Shown: positions 38,201-49,757, counted from the first letter of the whole stretch. The stretch: DNA of 61,735 bases, filler included, from Choristocarpus tenellus KU-1152 (GCA_964200185.2; 7 parts of 7 records of this genome joined end to end with filler, not necessarily neighbours in it); one strand, 5' to 3'. Numbers and translations: made by a program. The notes: generated by a model from the sequence alone, not told the origin.

Positions 38201-41200
38201 TCCGAGAAATAGAGGTGACTTCAAACACTCTAAACATTGTAGCTTTCTTGGAAACTGTGAATTTTTGAGTGAAAGTATCTTAGAGGGTACAAGTTTTCCC
38301 CTGTTTGTCCATTGGGGACTTGGCTTCCCACGGGCTTTTAATGACATGTTGCCTTCTCCAAAATGTTTCGGAATAGATACAATGTATAATGTTATGAAAA
38401 TGTGTGTCCGGAACAAGGGTATTGACATCTCCTAACAAACATGATTGCCGAAATTACATCAAAATTGGAACACTGGATTTTGAACCGCAAATGGACACGG
38501 CTCTACCCTAACCCTAAGATACTTTGACTCTTTATGGATCGTTTTTTATTAGACTCGGCACAATTGGGTATGGTGATCCATACTAGGAAATATGTGAACA
38601 GTCCTTCCTCCCTTCTACCCATTCAACCTCCCCCCTTCAGAGTATAAGACACTGCCTACAAAGTTGGTTAGGGTTGCACTGCATTGACAAAACACTTTCT
38701 TGCATGCTCTCTCTAAATCAAACTATTTCGAGGGAGTTCAGGCTGAGAACAAGGAACTCAAACGCCTTCTGGCTGACAGTGCAGTTGTGGGAGATGCTCA
38801 GGCTCAATCATGGGCACAAATGACACACGATAATGGCCCAAGCACAGGGGGCAATAGCAGCCCCTTTCGTGGGGAGAATTATGTCCAACTCGTGGACATG
38901 ACCACTGCCTCTGGTAAGTTCTAGTTGCTTCATTTTGTGGGTGATGAAGGGAATGAACCTGAGGGTGAGGGGGTGAGCTTGTGGTAAGAAACAATTCGTT
39001 TTTGGCTGACGCACAGTGGTCTCATTTTTTTTCAGTAGTGATAGATATAATGAGCATCGTGCTGTATTTTGGAGAGTAGGATGGATGATACTTTTTAATG
39101 TGAGCAAAAAAATCATGTGTGTGTGCATGTTCCTGTGTGGTGGGGGCTACAATATACTTTCTCCATTAGGAATTAATTGTAACGCATTTTTGCAGCCCTG
39201 ATGAAGAAGCAAGATTTTTTCACATGCTCATGTTTTATGGGTGTTTTGTGCAAGGTTGCCCACCAAAATCTCGAGCAAAATAGGGCAGCCTACACCAATC
39301 TATGATTCTGTCCGTGAAGCCCTCCAAAAATCCATTCCAGCACGATATTTCGTTTCATCCACCGGGGCATTTGGGGGGAGCTTGCCTGCCTTCTCAGCCT
39401 TTTCCTTGCTAAGATGGGGAATTCTGAAGGTGTTATCACCCTTGGACCCCAGCACTTCACCGTAGATTGTGAAGAGGCTCTGCCAGACATGCTCTAGTAT
39501 GTCCCGAGAGTACACATTGAACATCTCCATCATGACCTCCACATGCTCCTCTATGTTGGTCACCACCAGGTCTTCCTTCAGTTGCTGGATGGAATGAAAG
39601 AATCCCAGGTTGTTGACATTGAGGTCAGATGAGTTGGCTGACTGGATCTCTGACAATGTCGTCCCTGACGCCTCCTCGATTGCCTCCATGATCCCCCCAT
39701 TGGTGTGTGGCTTTGCCCTGTCCTGCTGCACAGAGATAGTGTATCCTTCAGGCCTAGGCATTGCAAAGCCTTGATTGCCAGGATGACATGCTTGATCATG
39801 AGCTTCTTATACCTCTCCCCATGCACAATGGCTGGTACAAGCACCTTGGTGCACTTGGGGCGGTGTTTACTGGAGTGCTGAGTAACCTTAGTATAATTGG
39901 CTAGATCCCCATTTTCCATCGAATCACACCCCATTGGATTTAGCCAATCCTCTCATCCCATTGATGACGAGATGAGCGAGTCACTCGAACAATGGGGCAC
40001 GTTCTTTCTAGGCATCCAATAAACACCCACTTTGACAGTTTCACCACTTTTTTTAACCCCGTCAAATGCAACTTCGTCGACTTTGCACTGGTGGTCCTCA
40101 GTCATGATAGCCCTCAATCTTAAACTTTGCACACCTCACAATCTATATGAGAACTATGCCTCGTCCAGAGGGTCACATTTAATTCTGAACGGAGAAAGTT
40201 TAACTTTATAGCATGTAAATTGGTATGTTTGGCTCTTTTTTTTTCACACTTCAATGTAGCATTGTAGGAATGCTCCATGTTTTTTGTAGGTTCTTGGCAG
40301 GATGGAAAGTGAAGTGACAGGTGGAATTTGTAATTTTGATCCTAGTGGTTATTGATGTGTGGGTGGGGAACTGGATGGATGCAATGAAATACGGCCTGCA
40401 CAGTGCTTGAAGTGTAGGCATGACTTTTGACTTAGAACGGTGTAGTTCAGTTGCTGTTGAAGGTCAAAATACATAATACATAAGACAGCACTCTTAGCTT
40501 ATTTAGTGTTGCATCATCCCCTTGTTTCACAAGCACCAATGCTCTCCCTGTCTACCTGCAACCAATACAAATTTATTTACCATCTTGAATTTTGTTGAGG
40601 AGTCATGTTGGCAGGGTGTTGAGAAGCCGCCATTCAAGGCTGGAGTTGATTGGCTCAGTTGTTGAAAACTGCCCATTTATGTCATTGAGGACAGCTGAGT
40701 GTCCACCATGCTCATGTCGCGACGCACGTAAAATTATTTATTTCTAACCCTAACCCTCGGCTATTTTATCATAGCCTTAAAATGACCCAATCTGATCCTC
40801 TTTGAATTTGACAGGAAATTTTTTCTTTTTACTTGTCTCAACTTTTCTTTTGTTATCATAACTTAATGGCCTTCCATTTATATAAAGGTGTGCACAAAAC
40901 AGACACTGCCTTCAAAAGGACTAAGGTATGTAAGGCATACACATACTTCAATTGATATCTGGTGCTCCAGCCAGGAGATGTTGAGATGTATATATAGCCA
41001 CAGAGCAAATAATTTTGTTGATGATAGCATATACAAGTAACATATCAACTCATTCTTCCCCAAAACTGCTGCACTACTACATACTGCGCACACACTAAAC
41101 CCATCCCTCCCCAACAACACCCAAATGACCTAAGCACAACCTCAACCTGATTACCCAAATATTTGGTCTTGTAAACCCATTAATCCAACCAATATCTTAC

Positions 41201-41752
41201 GACATAGCCACCAGATCGAGGTATATAATTAGGTCAATGTAGAACTCACCATCAGCATCTGATTCAAGGTCACAACACTGATCCTTCAACACTCAACTTT
41301 CATCCCCTCACCCTAACCCTAATCTCTGACTTTGATTTGGTATTTAATTTTGAAGCACTTGAACATGACAAGCCCACTTGTATTTGGGGTTCACATTCCG
41401 AGTCTTGTTTTGCAAATATTTGTCACCCCTGGGTACTTCTCAATCAATTCCAGGCGCAGAGTTAGTCAAGGCAAGGGTTCAGAAATCTGGAAACACCAAG
41501 GCACTTCGTTGGATTGAACAAATCCTGGCCAAAGCACAAGAGGGCAACACAAGTGGGCGATCAGGGTCTGCTGAAGAAACAGCATCACCAAGGATGGGTT
41601 CCCCTGATGGTGGGGATGATGTGAATGTCAGCGGGGGGGGGGGTATCGATGGACCAAGAATGGCTGCTGATGAGATTGGGCCATTGAGGTCAGTGACAAG
41701 GGGCAAAGAAGTGAGGAGAGAGGAGGGTATCTGTTTGTGCAATGTAGACTAG
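32279..41752 (+). CDS. Conserved algal hypothetical protein, probably plastid-targeted (8 exons)
   Basis: Phase-consistent exons 32279-32454, 32888-32985, 34298-34344, 35202-35342, 36422-36502, 37738-37887, 38742-38913, 41454-(41710 or 41752). Reads ...DLLTKKALATLRHYWSEMRGDLYTEWLNRF...LEPLDVAKKLMAVREQLAEEWKADLNSIQAENKELKR...SSPFRGENY..., resembling an uncharacterised algal family recalled from memory. 3' end uncertain. Confidence 0.72.
38267..38530 (+). mobile_element. MITE family A copy, intronic
   Basis: GAGTGAAAGTATCTTAGAGGGTA...TACCCTAACCCTAAGATACTTTGACTC; TTT on both flanks. Confidence 0.9.
39300..39960 (-). mobile_element. Degenerate Tc1/mariner-type transposase, intronic
   Basis: YKKLMIKHVILAIK (frameshift) ISVQQDRAKPH...QSANSSDLNVNNLGFFHSIQ...KGDNTFRIPH matches QQDNAxPH / QPxNSPDLNxxDLGFF catalytic motifs of mariner-like elements; the third catalytic Asp is mutated. 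Confidence 0.88.
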
Positions 41753-41788
41753 TAGTCTATATGGTTTATAGCGTAAAAGTGAATGAAG

Positions 41789-41860
41789 TAATGTAACTTG
41801 AACTTACAAGCGACTGATGTAGTGTAACTTGAACTTATAAGTGACTGACGTAGTGTAACT
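41789..41860 (+). repeat. Short tandem repeat, ~31-bp unit, ~2.3 copies
   Basis: TGTAACTTGAACTTAYAAGYGACTGAYGTAG repeated. Confidence 0.8.
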
Positions 41861-41945
41861 GTTACAAACATGTTTAAACATATCTCTGACGTGTTTGATG
41901 ACGAATGAATTAGATAACAAGGGAGAGCACCACCCCCCCACCTTG

Positions 41946-42045
41946 NNNNNNNNNNNNNNNNNNNNNNNNNNNNNNNNNNNNNNNNNNNNTTAATTAATTA
42001 ANNNNNNNNNNNNNNNNNNNNNNNNNNNNNNNNNNNNNNNNNNNN
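41946..42045. other. Artificial contig linker
   Basis: 44N-TTAATTAATTAA-44N. Confidence 0.98.
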
Positions 42046-42874
42046 TTCCAGTCTCTCTCTCTAGCAATACCTTGGCCAGTTAGCAATCAAGATGCAGCAG
42101 TGCCAACTGGGGAAAACCAATCATCTGGTGAGAGGAAAAGGAAAAATATTGCCTTCCCCCCCCCCTCCCCCCCCCTCCCAGTACCCCTTGATCCCCGCTT
42201 GCTCCTCCTGCTATAATCGCTGCAGTGGATTTTTCTCCACCACTTCTTCAAGTTCATGTCCATAGCTTTCTTTGTAGCATTAGCAGGAAGTCTGATATTG
42301 GATTGTATTCAATAATCAAGAGACCACTCTGACTGACTTCTGGGTGGGGGGGGTGGGGGGTAATCTCTTGATTAGTTTGTCAGGGTTTCAGTTTTTTTGT
42401 CCAATCGTTGTTGATTTTTTATTTTCTGCACAAAATAAAAATATTTTTGCCCAGGAAATTGATAGCGGAGGAGTGATTTGTAACTATTGGGTAACTAACT
42501 GCTTCCTTGCCTTGCAACCAAGAGATAATATTAGAAAGGTTGGACGCTTGTGTATGGAACAAGAGGGTGGCATTCCCCTCCATCTGCTGCACCCACCCCC
42601 ACTCACCTCCCTCCTTCCATTGGACATTTGACTATTGGAAATCTGAAACACACTTGCCTCAACTATTGAGTGACTCGTGCCAAGATTTCTATTAGAAATA
42701 AAAAAAAGGACTTGTAGCTAGGGAAGCATGATATGAAAGTGGCATCTTTACTACCATGGAGTTAGTAGTGAGACTGTTTTTGACCAATTGGATGCATTCA
42801 GCCCTATGTCCTTCCCTTTCCTGCTTGATTTTTTTTTATCACTTCCATGGGTTTTTTTTAATTCTTATGTCAAG

Positions 42875-43701
42875 GTCCCAGCATTGGTGGTATTCACCAT
42901 GGGTGGTCGCCACTTCCTGGAGAGGGTGAAGCGGGGTTAGGAGGGGGAATGGAGACTGGAAAGGCCAGAAAAGAAGAAGAGGAAGAAGAAGAAGAGAAGA
43001 GCAAACCACTTCCCCCTTACCTATTACCCATCATGAGCAACGACCTGGTCTATAACCCCAATGGAATTTCCACTGGAGAAGTGGCCGTGAATGTGGGAGG
43101 GGCTGTTGGGAAGAGGGAGAGATTCTTGAGGCTGATGGAAGAGATGAGATCGACTGCGTCACCTGGAGCACAAGAAAGAGATGGAGTTGTCGAGGAGGTT
43201 GGACACGGTCTTCTGTCCGCAGCTCCTACGAGCGCTGGGCCCGGGGGGAGGAAGCCGGGGCCTGGGCAAGAGGCCAGTCACCTCCGCCCTCGCCACGGTG
43301 TTAAGTTGTCCGTGTTTGTTGGGGACAGTGTGACAGACATGCTGGCGATGCTGGAGGCTGATGTGGGCATTGTGATAGGCAGTAGCGGAACCTTCAAGCG
43401 CGTGGCGGAGTCTTTTGGTATCGCGGTCGTCCCGTTGGCGTCTGCGCACGGTGTTCTTGTACGAGCCACGGCGGCAGCGGCGGAAGCAGCAGCTGTTTTG
43501 ACTGCAGTTCAAGGGCCGCGTGTTGGGGAAAAGGGGACTGCCGCTGCTGGAGAGGGGGAGGGGACTGTGGATGCCGAGCGTGTGGAAGTGTCTGGAAGGC
43601 CGGGCAGGGGGGTGGATCATGTGTTGTATCGGGCCTCCTCGTGGGCGGAAATAGATGCCTTCTTGTTTGGGTCAGGGAGACCTGATGAGACGGTGGGGTG
43701 A
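42875..43701 (+). CDS. HAD-superfamily phosphatase, TH2 (thiamine monophosphate phosphatase)/CTO1-like; terminal exon
   Basis: Open from acceptor 42874 to TGA 43701. IMSNDL, K motif (VGKRERF), VFVGDSVTDMLAMLEADVGIVIGSSGTFKRVAESFGI and LYRASSWAEIDAFLFG resemble the C-terminal HAD domain of plant TH2. Upstream exons not identified. Confidence 0.8.
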
Positions 43702-44399
43702 GTAGGGGGCTTGTAATCTTTTTCTTTCTTCTTTTTTCTTTTTTCTTTTTTTAATTTATGTCTCTATTGTTGTGGCTGTTTTTGGGGAATGAATTTGGTA
43801 AGGTTTCGTCCCCCCGGTGGGTACGTGCTTGTTGCTGTCTGGTGTACCAAGTGCTTTTGGGGGTGGGGTTGACTGTCTGCGGAACGGTATGCACATGTTT
43901 GTACCATTTGCGTGTCGAGTGTCTGCTTCTTCACCTAGGGCTACTGCTGCTACAGTAGTGCTGTATGTACTGCATGTACTGATTGGAAACATATGATACA
44001 AGATTTTACACCAGTTGGATGTTGAATTTGTGGGGGGTTGTCTCTCCATTCAGTGGGTTGGAAAGGACCTATCCCCTTCCTCTCTATGCTTTGAACCAAT
44101 TTGGGGGCGAGAAAGAGGAGAGGAGTGCAGGCTGGCCACCGTTTTGACTGTCTTTTGAAGACCACTTCATTGTGGGCGTAAGCAACCGCTCTCCTCTCTT
44201 CACTTTCACTGTTCTGTCCTGAAATCATGCCTGTTGAATCTGTTGAGTGGTCATTGGCATGATGAGAAAAGAAAGTATTAGGTGTACTGTAGTATTGCTC
44301 TGTTGACAAATACTGGGGTAGTAACATAGTCAACAACAAAACAACTGTTTGCCCAGTCACACTCTTCTGGAAGGCAATGCTTGCGCAGCTGCCTGATAT

Positions 44400-44720
44400 G
44401 GACCCTTCTTGTTTCTCAATACCTTCATTTCCCAGTAGTACTTGATCACCTCCTTAATGAGGCGCCTCGTGAGCCACAGGTACGTTAGACATTTCACCTT
44501 AGTTGCATTCATACGATTTTGCAACAAGCTAGACACCAGGGAGAGGCTGGAGAAGTTCCTCTCAGCATGACAACTCGTGCTATCAATGTTATGATAGAGC
44601 CTGACCAACAACACCAACAGAGGCAGTTGTGCCTTCAGCATTAGGTTGCCTTTCTCAACGTCAGTCTTTGGGGTAGCCTTCTCCTTCCAATATCCAATAA
44701 GGACAAGCTCTCCCTCTCAT
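44400..44720 (-). mobile_element. hAT transposase C-terminal dimerisation-domain relic
   Basis: LPLLVLLVRLYHNIDSTSCHAERNFSSLSLVSSLLQNRM fits the hATC pattern P-L-A-YL-IPATS-ER-FS-R; no intact ORF. Confidence 0.78.
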
Positions 44721-45286
44721 TCTACCTCTTCATCCAGTATCAACTTGGTGATATCCTCCTCTAGAACCTCTGAAATATGTTCTTTTCTTTTCTGAGGTCG
44801 TGCGTTGGCCAGCTCCTTCTTCTGCTGATCCACGTTTTCTGGACTTCTCTGATGCCTGCTACGGTGTTTTTTGAAGACATTATCATCTGTGAGCAATACA
44901 AATGCAATTCTTGTTGTTCTTGTTGTGGTATTATCTGTCTTGTACGTCATTGCTTCTTGTCTCCCCCACGACATCTCCAGAATGTCCGTGTCCGTAAAAA
45001 TGATATACTCACGGGTCCACCAAAGCAGATAGTCGCGTGATTAGTGGCTTGATGGTCCACAGATTGTACTGCCTCCGATTTTGTCGGTTAATAATAGTAA
45101 TTTATCACACAAAGCAATCATCATTACAATATTTGGTTGATTTATTCATCCTGTTTGTTGTAGCTCTATTATTTATTATGATGATCAACTTCCTGAAGCA
45201 ACTGGTCTTCCTCCAAATTGTTTTTGTTCCTCCCCCTCTCCCTCACAGAAACGTGAATTGTGTTATCAGGAGGTTCTGGAACTTGG

Positions 45287-45465
45287 TGTAACGGATCTAC
45301 CCCTCTAACATTGCCACGTCTGTCCACTCGCCAACTTGTTCCCATAATTATATTTAACTAATATACTCTAACTATATCTCTCTCTTATCTATCATCTGCC
45401 CTGTTTAACTTTTCGGTGTGTGAAACACAAATCAGGGTGTACCCAAAAGTAAACATCAACTTACA
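45287..45465. mobile_element. Probable solo LTR (179 bp)
   Basis: Termini TGTAA...TTACA; exact 6-bp direct repeat ACTTGG at 45281-45286 and 45466-45471. Confidence 0.65.
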
Positions 45466-45525
45466 ACTTGGTATGTAACATCACGATCAGCATCATGTTT
45501 GACAGGGCAGATCTGTAGGCTTAAA

Positions 45526-48520
45526 ATGGCACGAACCATCCTATTAGTACTAACTGCAGGAGCTTTGGGTGCATCCCCATCTATGCCCTGCATTGTTAGT
45601 GCGGCCCAAATGCAAGCCTTTGTGGGCACTGGGCTCCTGAAATTATCCATACGTCAAGCCCCTCAAAGTCACGCCAACGAAGGTTTCTTGTGTCGCCCAG
45701 AGATAAGGTACCAACATTTTGAGCATGTAGGCATGCCTCCTAGAATCGATGTTCAGTCTCTCCTCTTCCGTCGTTCTAGGGTTGACATGTCTAGGGGGAT
45801 CTCACTCGGGAACCCTCTCGATGCCTTGGGAGACCTATTTAACAAACCAATGGAAGAGGTGTCCGTCCTTGCCCTACCGAAGCTAAGGGGTTCCGAGACG
45901 GCGGTGGTTTGGTTCACATCTTGTGACCTTCGTGTCCATGATCATGAAGGACTTGCAGCAGCTGCAGGGGCAGGCGGTGTCGTGCCGCTGTTCGTGTTCG
46001 ACAAGAAGGTGTGATTCCGATGGTGGACACAAGTAGATAGCCGACGACTCGAGCTTTTCTTTCCCATTTTATGCCTGATCGAACCATTGCTAGCGATGTA
46101 GATTACCCCAGCATTGTTTACAACACAACATTCCATCCCACGGTGGTTGAACTTTGTGCCTAGAATTTGGAGGGTGATTTTGTGTCAAGTGTGGGCATCT
46201 TAGGAATGACGCTGTCGATCAAACCTGTGTGACATCTTCGCGTTTCATACTTCGGACTCTCAATCTGTACGTACTTGATTTTATCTTTCTGTTATTTTGA
46301 TCCCAACATGATTCTTTTGTCCACTATTCGGTCTAAATCGTGGACAGAGCTGTTTATATGTATGTATATATATATATATATATGTATCTGTCGATGCTAT
46401 TCTCGGCTGGTAGGATACTGATCAAAGAACAATCGCTTCCAATCTCTGGTCTCGATGTGTCTGTTGAACTCACCTTGATTGCAACCGTATTTGAGTATCC
46501 TAGTTAGTCCTTAAAATGTTGGGATGTTAATTTACAACAGAGTGCTACGAGTAATAACAACCTTAGAATGTTGTGACCTTTATTATGTTCAATGTCATTA
46601 CCCATAGTCAGAGTGGACTCACCATCAAATCACACTAATATAATGTGGAAATGAGAAAGTGTGCTGATCCAATTGACGCAAACACACCCTGCTAGCCTTT
46701 GCGCACTACTCTTCACATAATTTTGCATTGGTCAATGCCACTGTCTGGATTGAATTGGACTTTTTCGTTTTCAACCAAGAAGCAGGTCCATTTCATGATA
46801 CTCTGTGCACTAAAGGACTTGAATCTTCTTAGTAGTAGGTGGGCCACGTCTTACATTTTGTTTCCCTGTTATGTCATCTGCAGGTCTGCTGTTGTGTGAT
46901 GAAGTTCTTTTATTTTGGTACTATTTCGGTGCAGTGTTTGTATTTGGCACACCCTGTTCCTCTTGCACACAGAAACGGCATCATACTCCAAGAGCAAAGT
47001 GAAAAAAAATAGATGTGTAACACCCCATATGCGAAGGTGCTCACCTCTGTGTGACCATTCAACAATCACACACATACACAGGCATGCACAGGTGTACCTG
47101 CACTGTGATGAAATGCATACACACCACACACACACACACACACACACTACCGGTGACAGATGCACCTTGCCTTCACCCCCCGGAACACATAGAGTCACAT
47201 ACAGAGCATAAAATGTAACTCCAGAACCGTACAATGCGGATTGTGATATGCGCGGTGCTTTCCTCCTCTGCAAGACAGGAGCTGGCGGCAGAGAGTGTCC
47301 TGGACGCAACCTACCTTTATCATGCGGTGACTGATCTTCGCCGATCCCTTCGTCACATTGGCAGTGATCTTGTCATCCGCTCTGGTGATGCCGCTGTCGA
47401 GGTGGCTGATGTAGTGCGCAGGTCTGGAGCAACTCACCTCTTCTACCACTCAAGGTACTGTGCAAACATGCATCATACATGGACTGGCATTATGTCACAA
47501 CCTGGAATTTTGTTGATATTTTTTCTTGTTAGCTTGGTTCGGACTTTGCCCTTCACAGTATGTCCTTCTGACATGAATATATTGACCTGTTGGTGCCCTG
47601 CTGCTTGAAAGCCATACCCCTCACTGGGGTGGTCCATACCATACTACACTATGTATACTGCACATTGCAATGGCGACACAAGACCGTGCCCATAATGACA
47701 GTATTTCACTGAGGTACTCTCTCTAGAGTGCACATTTAATTCAGGCAATTGGAGTACAATATTGCATACCATAATGAATGCTAGTACTGCTCTATTTTTG
47801 GGTCATGTGTCAAACACGTAATAGATCTCACCCCACCCACTGTGCTTCATGCTCCAAGTGGTTCATAACTTAGCATTGGGCATCTTGCTTTGTCCGTGAG
47901 ATCTACAACCCTCTCCCCCCTGCATCATTCCCAACACCAAAGCATGAGAAGTCTAGTACAATATGAGAATTTTAATACGCCTGCCCCTATTTTTGGAAAA
48001 TTGAGCAAAATCCCATAAAGATACGCAGTGCAAAGGCAAGCACTGCAATGATACCTTAAGATATCATATCCATCCCCTGAAGATAAGATTGTTAAGGTTC
48101 GATGTCTCTCTCCACTGGAACCACATACTGTCAGTAATACGTCCTTCCCATCCCCCCCGGCCCCTTCCTTTCTCCACACCAATCATGTGTCCAACCGTCT
48201 GTCGATGAAAACATAATTATTTTTTTAAACTGAAATTATCAGTCCAGTTCACACAGTTCGGTCCTTGCACCTGAGAGCCACCTCTGCTTTACAGGAGCAA
48301 GGTGGGGGGTTAGGAGAGGCCCAAGGTGAGGATGGATCCATCAGCAGCAACAGTGTGACTATTTATCCCTGGTCCACTCAGCTTTGGAGAACCCCTCCCA
48401 AAGACATTTCCAGGATGTGGAACTACAGAGATCATGAGAGGGAGTGGATGAAGGGTCCAGTGCGTTCTGCCTTCCCAACCCCAGAGAGCTTGCCCCCTCT
48501 CCCCTCCGGACCTGCTGGGG
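45526..48520 (+). CDS. Photolyase/cryptochrome family protein, N-terminal part, with presequence; truncated by linker
   Basis: Exons 45526-46008, 47279-47454, 48243-48520+. TAVVWFTSCDLRVHDHEGLAAA...VVPLFVFD and AVTDLRRSLRHIGSDLVIRSGD are the photolyase antenna-domain signature; hydrophobic N-terminus MARTILLVLTAGALG. Confidence 0.88.
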
Positions 48521-48620
48521 NNNNNNNNNNNNNNNNNNNNNNNNNNNNNNNNNNNNNNNNNNNNTTAATTAATTAANNNNNNNNNNNNNNNNNNNNNNNN
48601 NNNNNNNNNNNNNNNNNNNN
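48521..48620. other. Artificial contig linker
   Basis: 44N-TTAATTAATTAA-44N; a family B MITE end lies at 48668-48697. Confidence 0.98.
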
Positions 48621-49004
48621 TTTTTATTGATTTTTTTTTGTTTTGGTGCAAAATTTAAGGGGTAAGGCCCCCCCCCCCCCCCCAGATACTTTGGGTCAGA
48701 GTTGCACCTTTTTTTTTTTAAGGATTATGATAAGTGTCCGTAAAATTCTTTTTTTATTTCAAATGTGTATATATATATATATAGGATATTTTCTGTGAAT
48801 TGTGTCTGAAAATTCTTCAAACTATAGAGGAATAAACCCTCTCAGCTCAAACTTCGATGTTTTTCTGTAGAAGTACGGACAAATTTCAAAAGATTGAAAT
48901 AAACTGACTTATAATGCAAAACGACCAAAACCTAGGTACCTCTAGTTTACTTTGGCTAAAAATCGTCTCAAGAGGAAACATTGAGGGTTTTGTAACATCA
49001 CAGA

Positions 49005-49261
49005 GAGTGAAAGTATCTTAGAGGGTACGAGTTTAGCCTTGTTTGTCCATTTGGGACTTGACTTCCAGTGGAGTTTTTATGACATTTTCCTACTCTAACA
49101 TGTTTAGGAGTAGTTAAAATGTAATAGTTATGAAATGGTGTGTCCGGAACAAGGATATTGACACTTCTTAATAACACGATAGACAAAAAAACGTCAAAAT
49201 CGGAACGTTGGATTTTGGCCCCCAAATGGACACAACTCTACCCTCTAAGATACTTTGACTC
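49005..49261 (+). mobile_element. MITE family A copy
   Basis: GAGTGAAAGTATCTTAGAGGGTA...TACCCTCTAAGATACTTTGACTC. Confidence 0.9.
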
Positions 49262-49498
49262 CCCAAAGAGAAGGAAGGCACTAGTGTCACATGGAACAAA
49301 GAAACATAACGGTACAGCAAGTAATAATGGGTGTGAAGAGGAGGGTAGCATCAAAACTCAACCTCTACCAGCTCCTGCGTGGACAACTGTGCATAAAGGC
49401 ACCCCTGGTTGGTATCTTGAGTGGGAAGGGGGGCCGGAGGAGTGGTTGAGCAAAGATGCTCCATTTTGTAACTTGGATCTTGACAGGTAGAGCGCCTT

Positions 49499-49757
49499 GA
49501 GCCAAAGTGTCTTAGAGAGTAAAGCCGTGTCCATTTGGGGGTCGAAATCCAATGTTGTGTTTTTGATATAATTTTGGCTATCGTGTTTGTTGGGGAGTGT
49601 CAACATCTATGTTTCGGACACACCTTTTCATAATGTAGACATTTTTCCTACTCCTAAACATTTTGGAGTAGGAAAATGTCATAAAAAAAGACATGGGAAG
49701 CCAAGGCCCAAATGGACAAACAGGGCAAAACTCGTACCCTCTAAGATACTTTCACTC
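49499..49757 (-). mobile_element. MITE family A copy, inverted relative to 49005-49261
   Basis: GAGCCAAAGTGTCTTAGAGAGTA...TACCCTCTAAGATACTTTCACTC; interior is the reverse complement of its neighbour. Confidence 0.9.
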
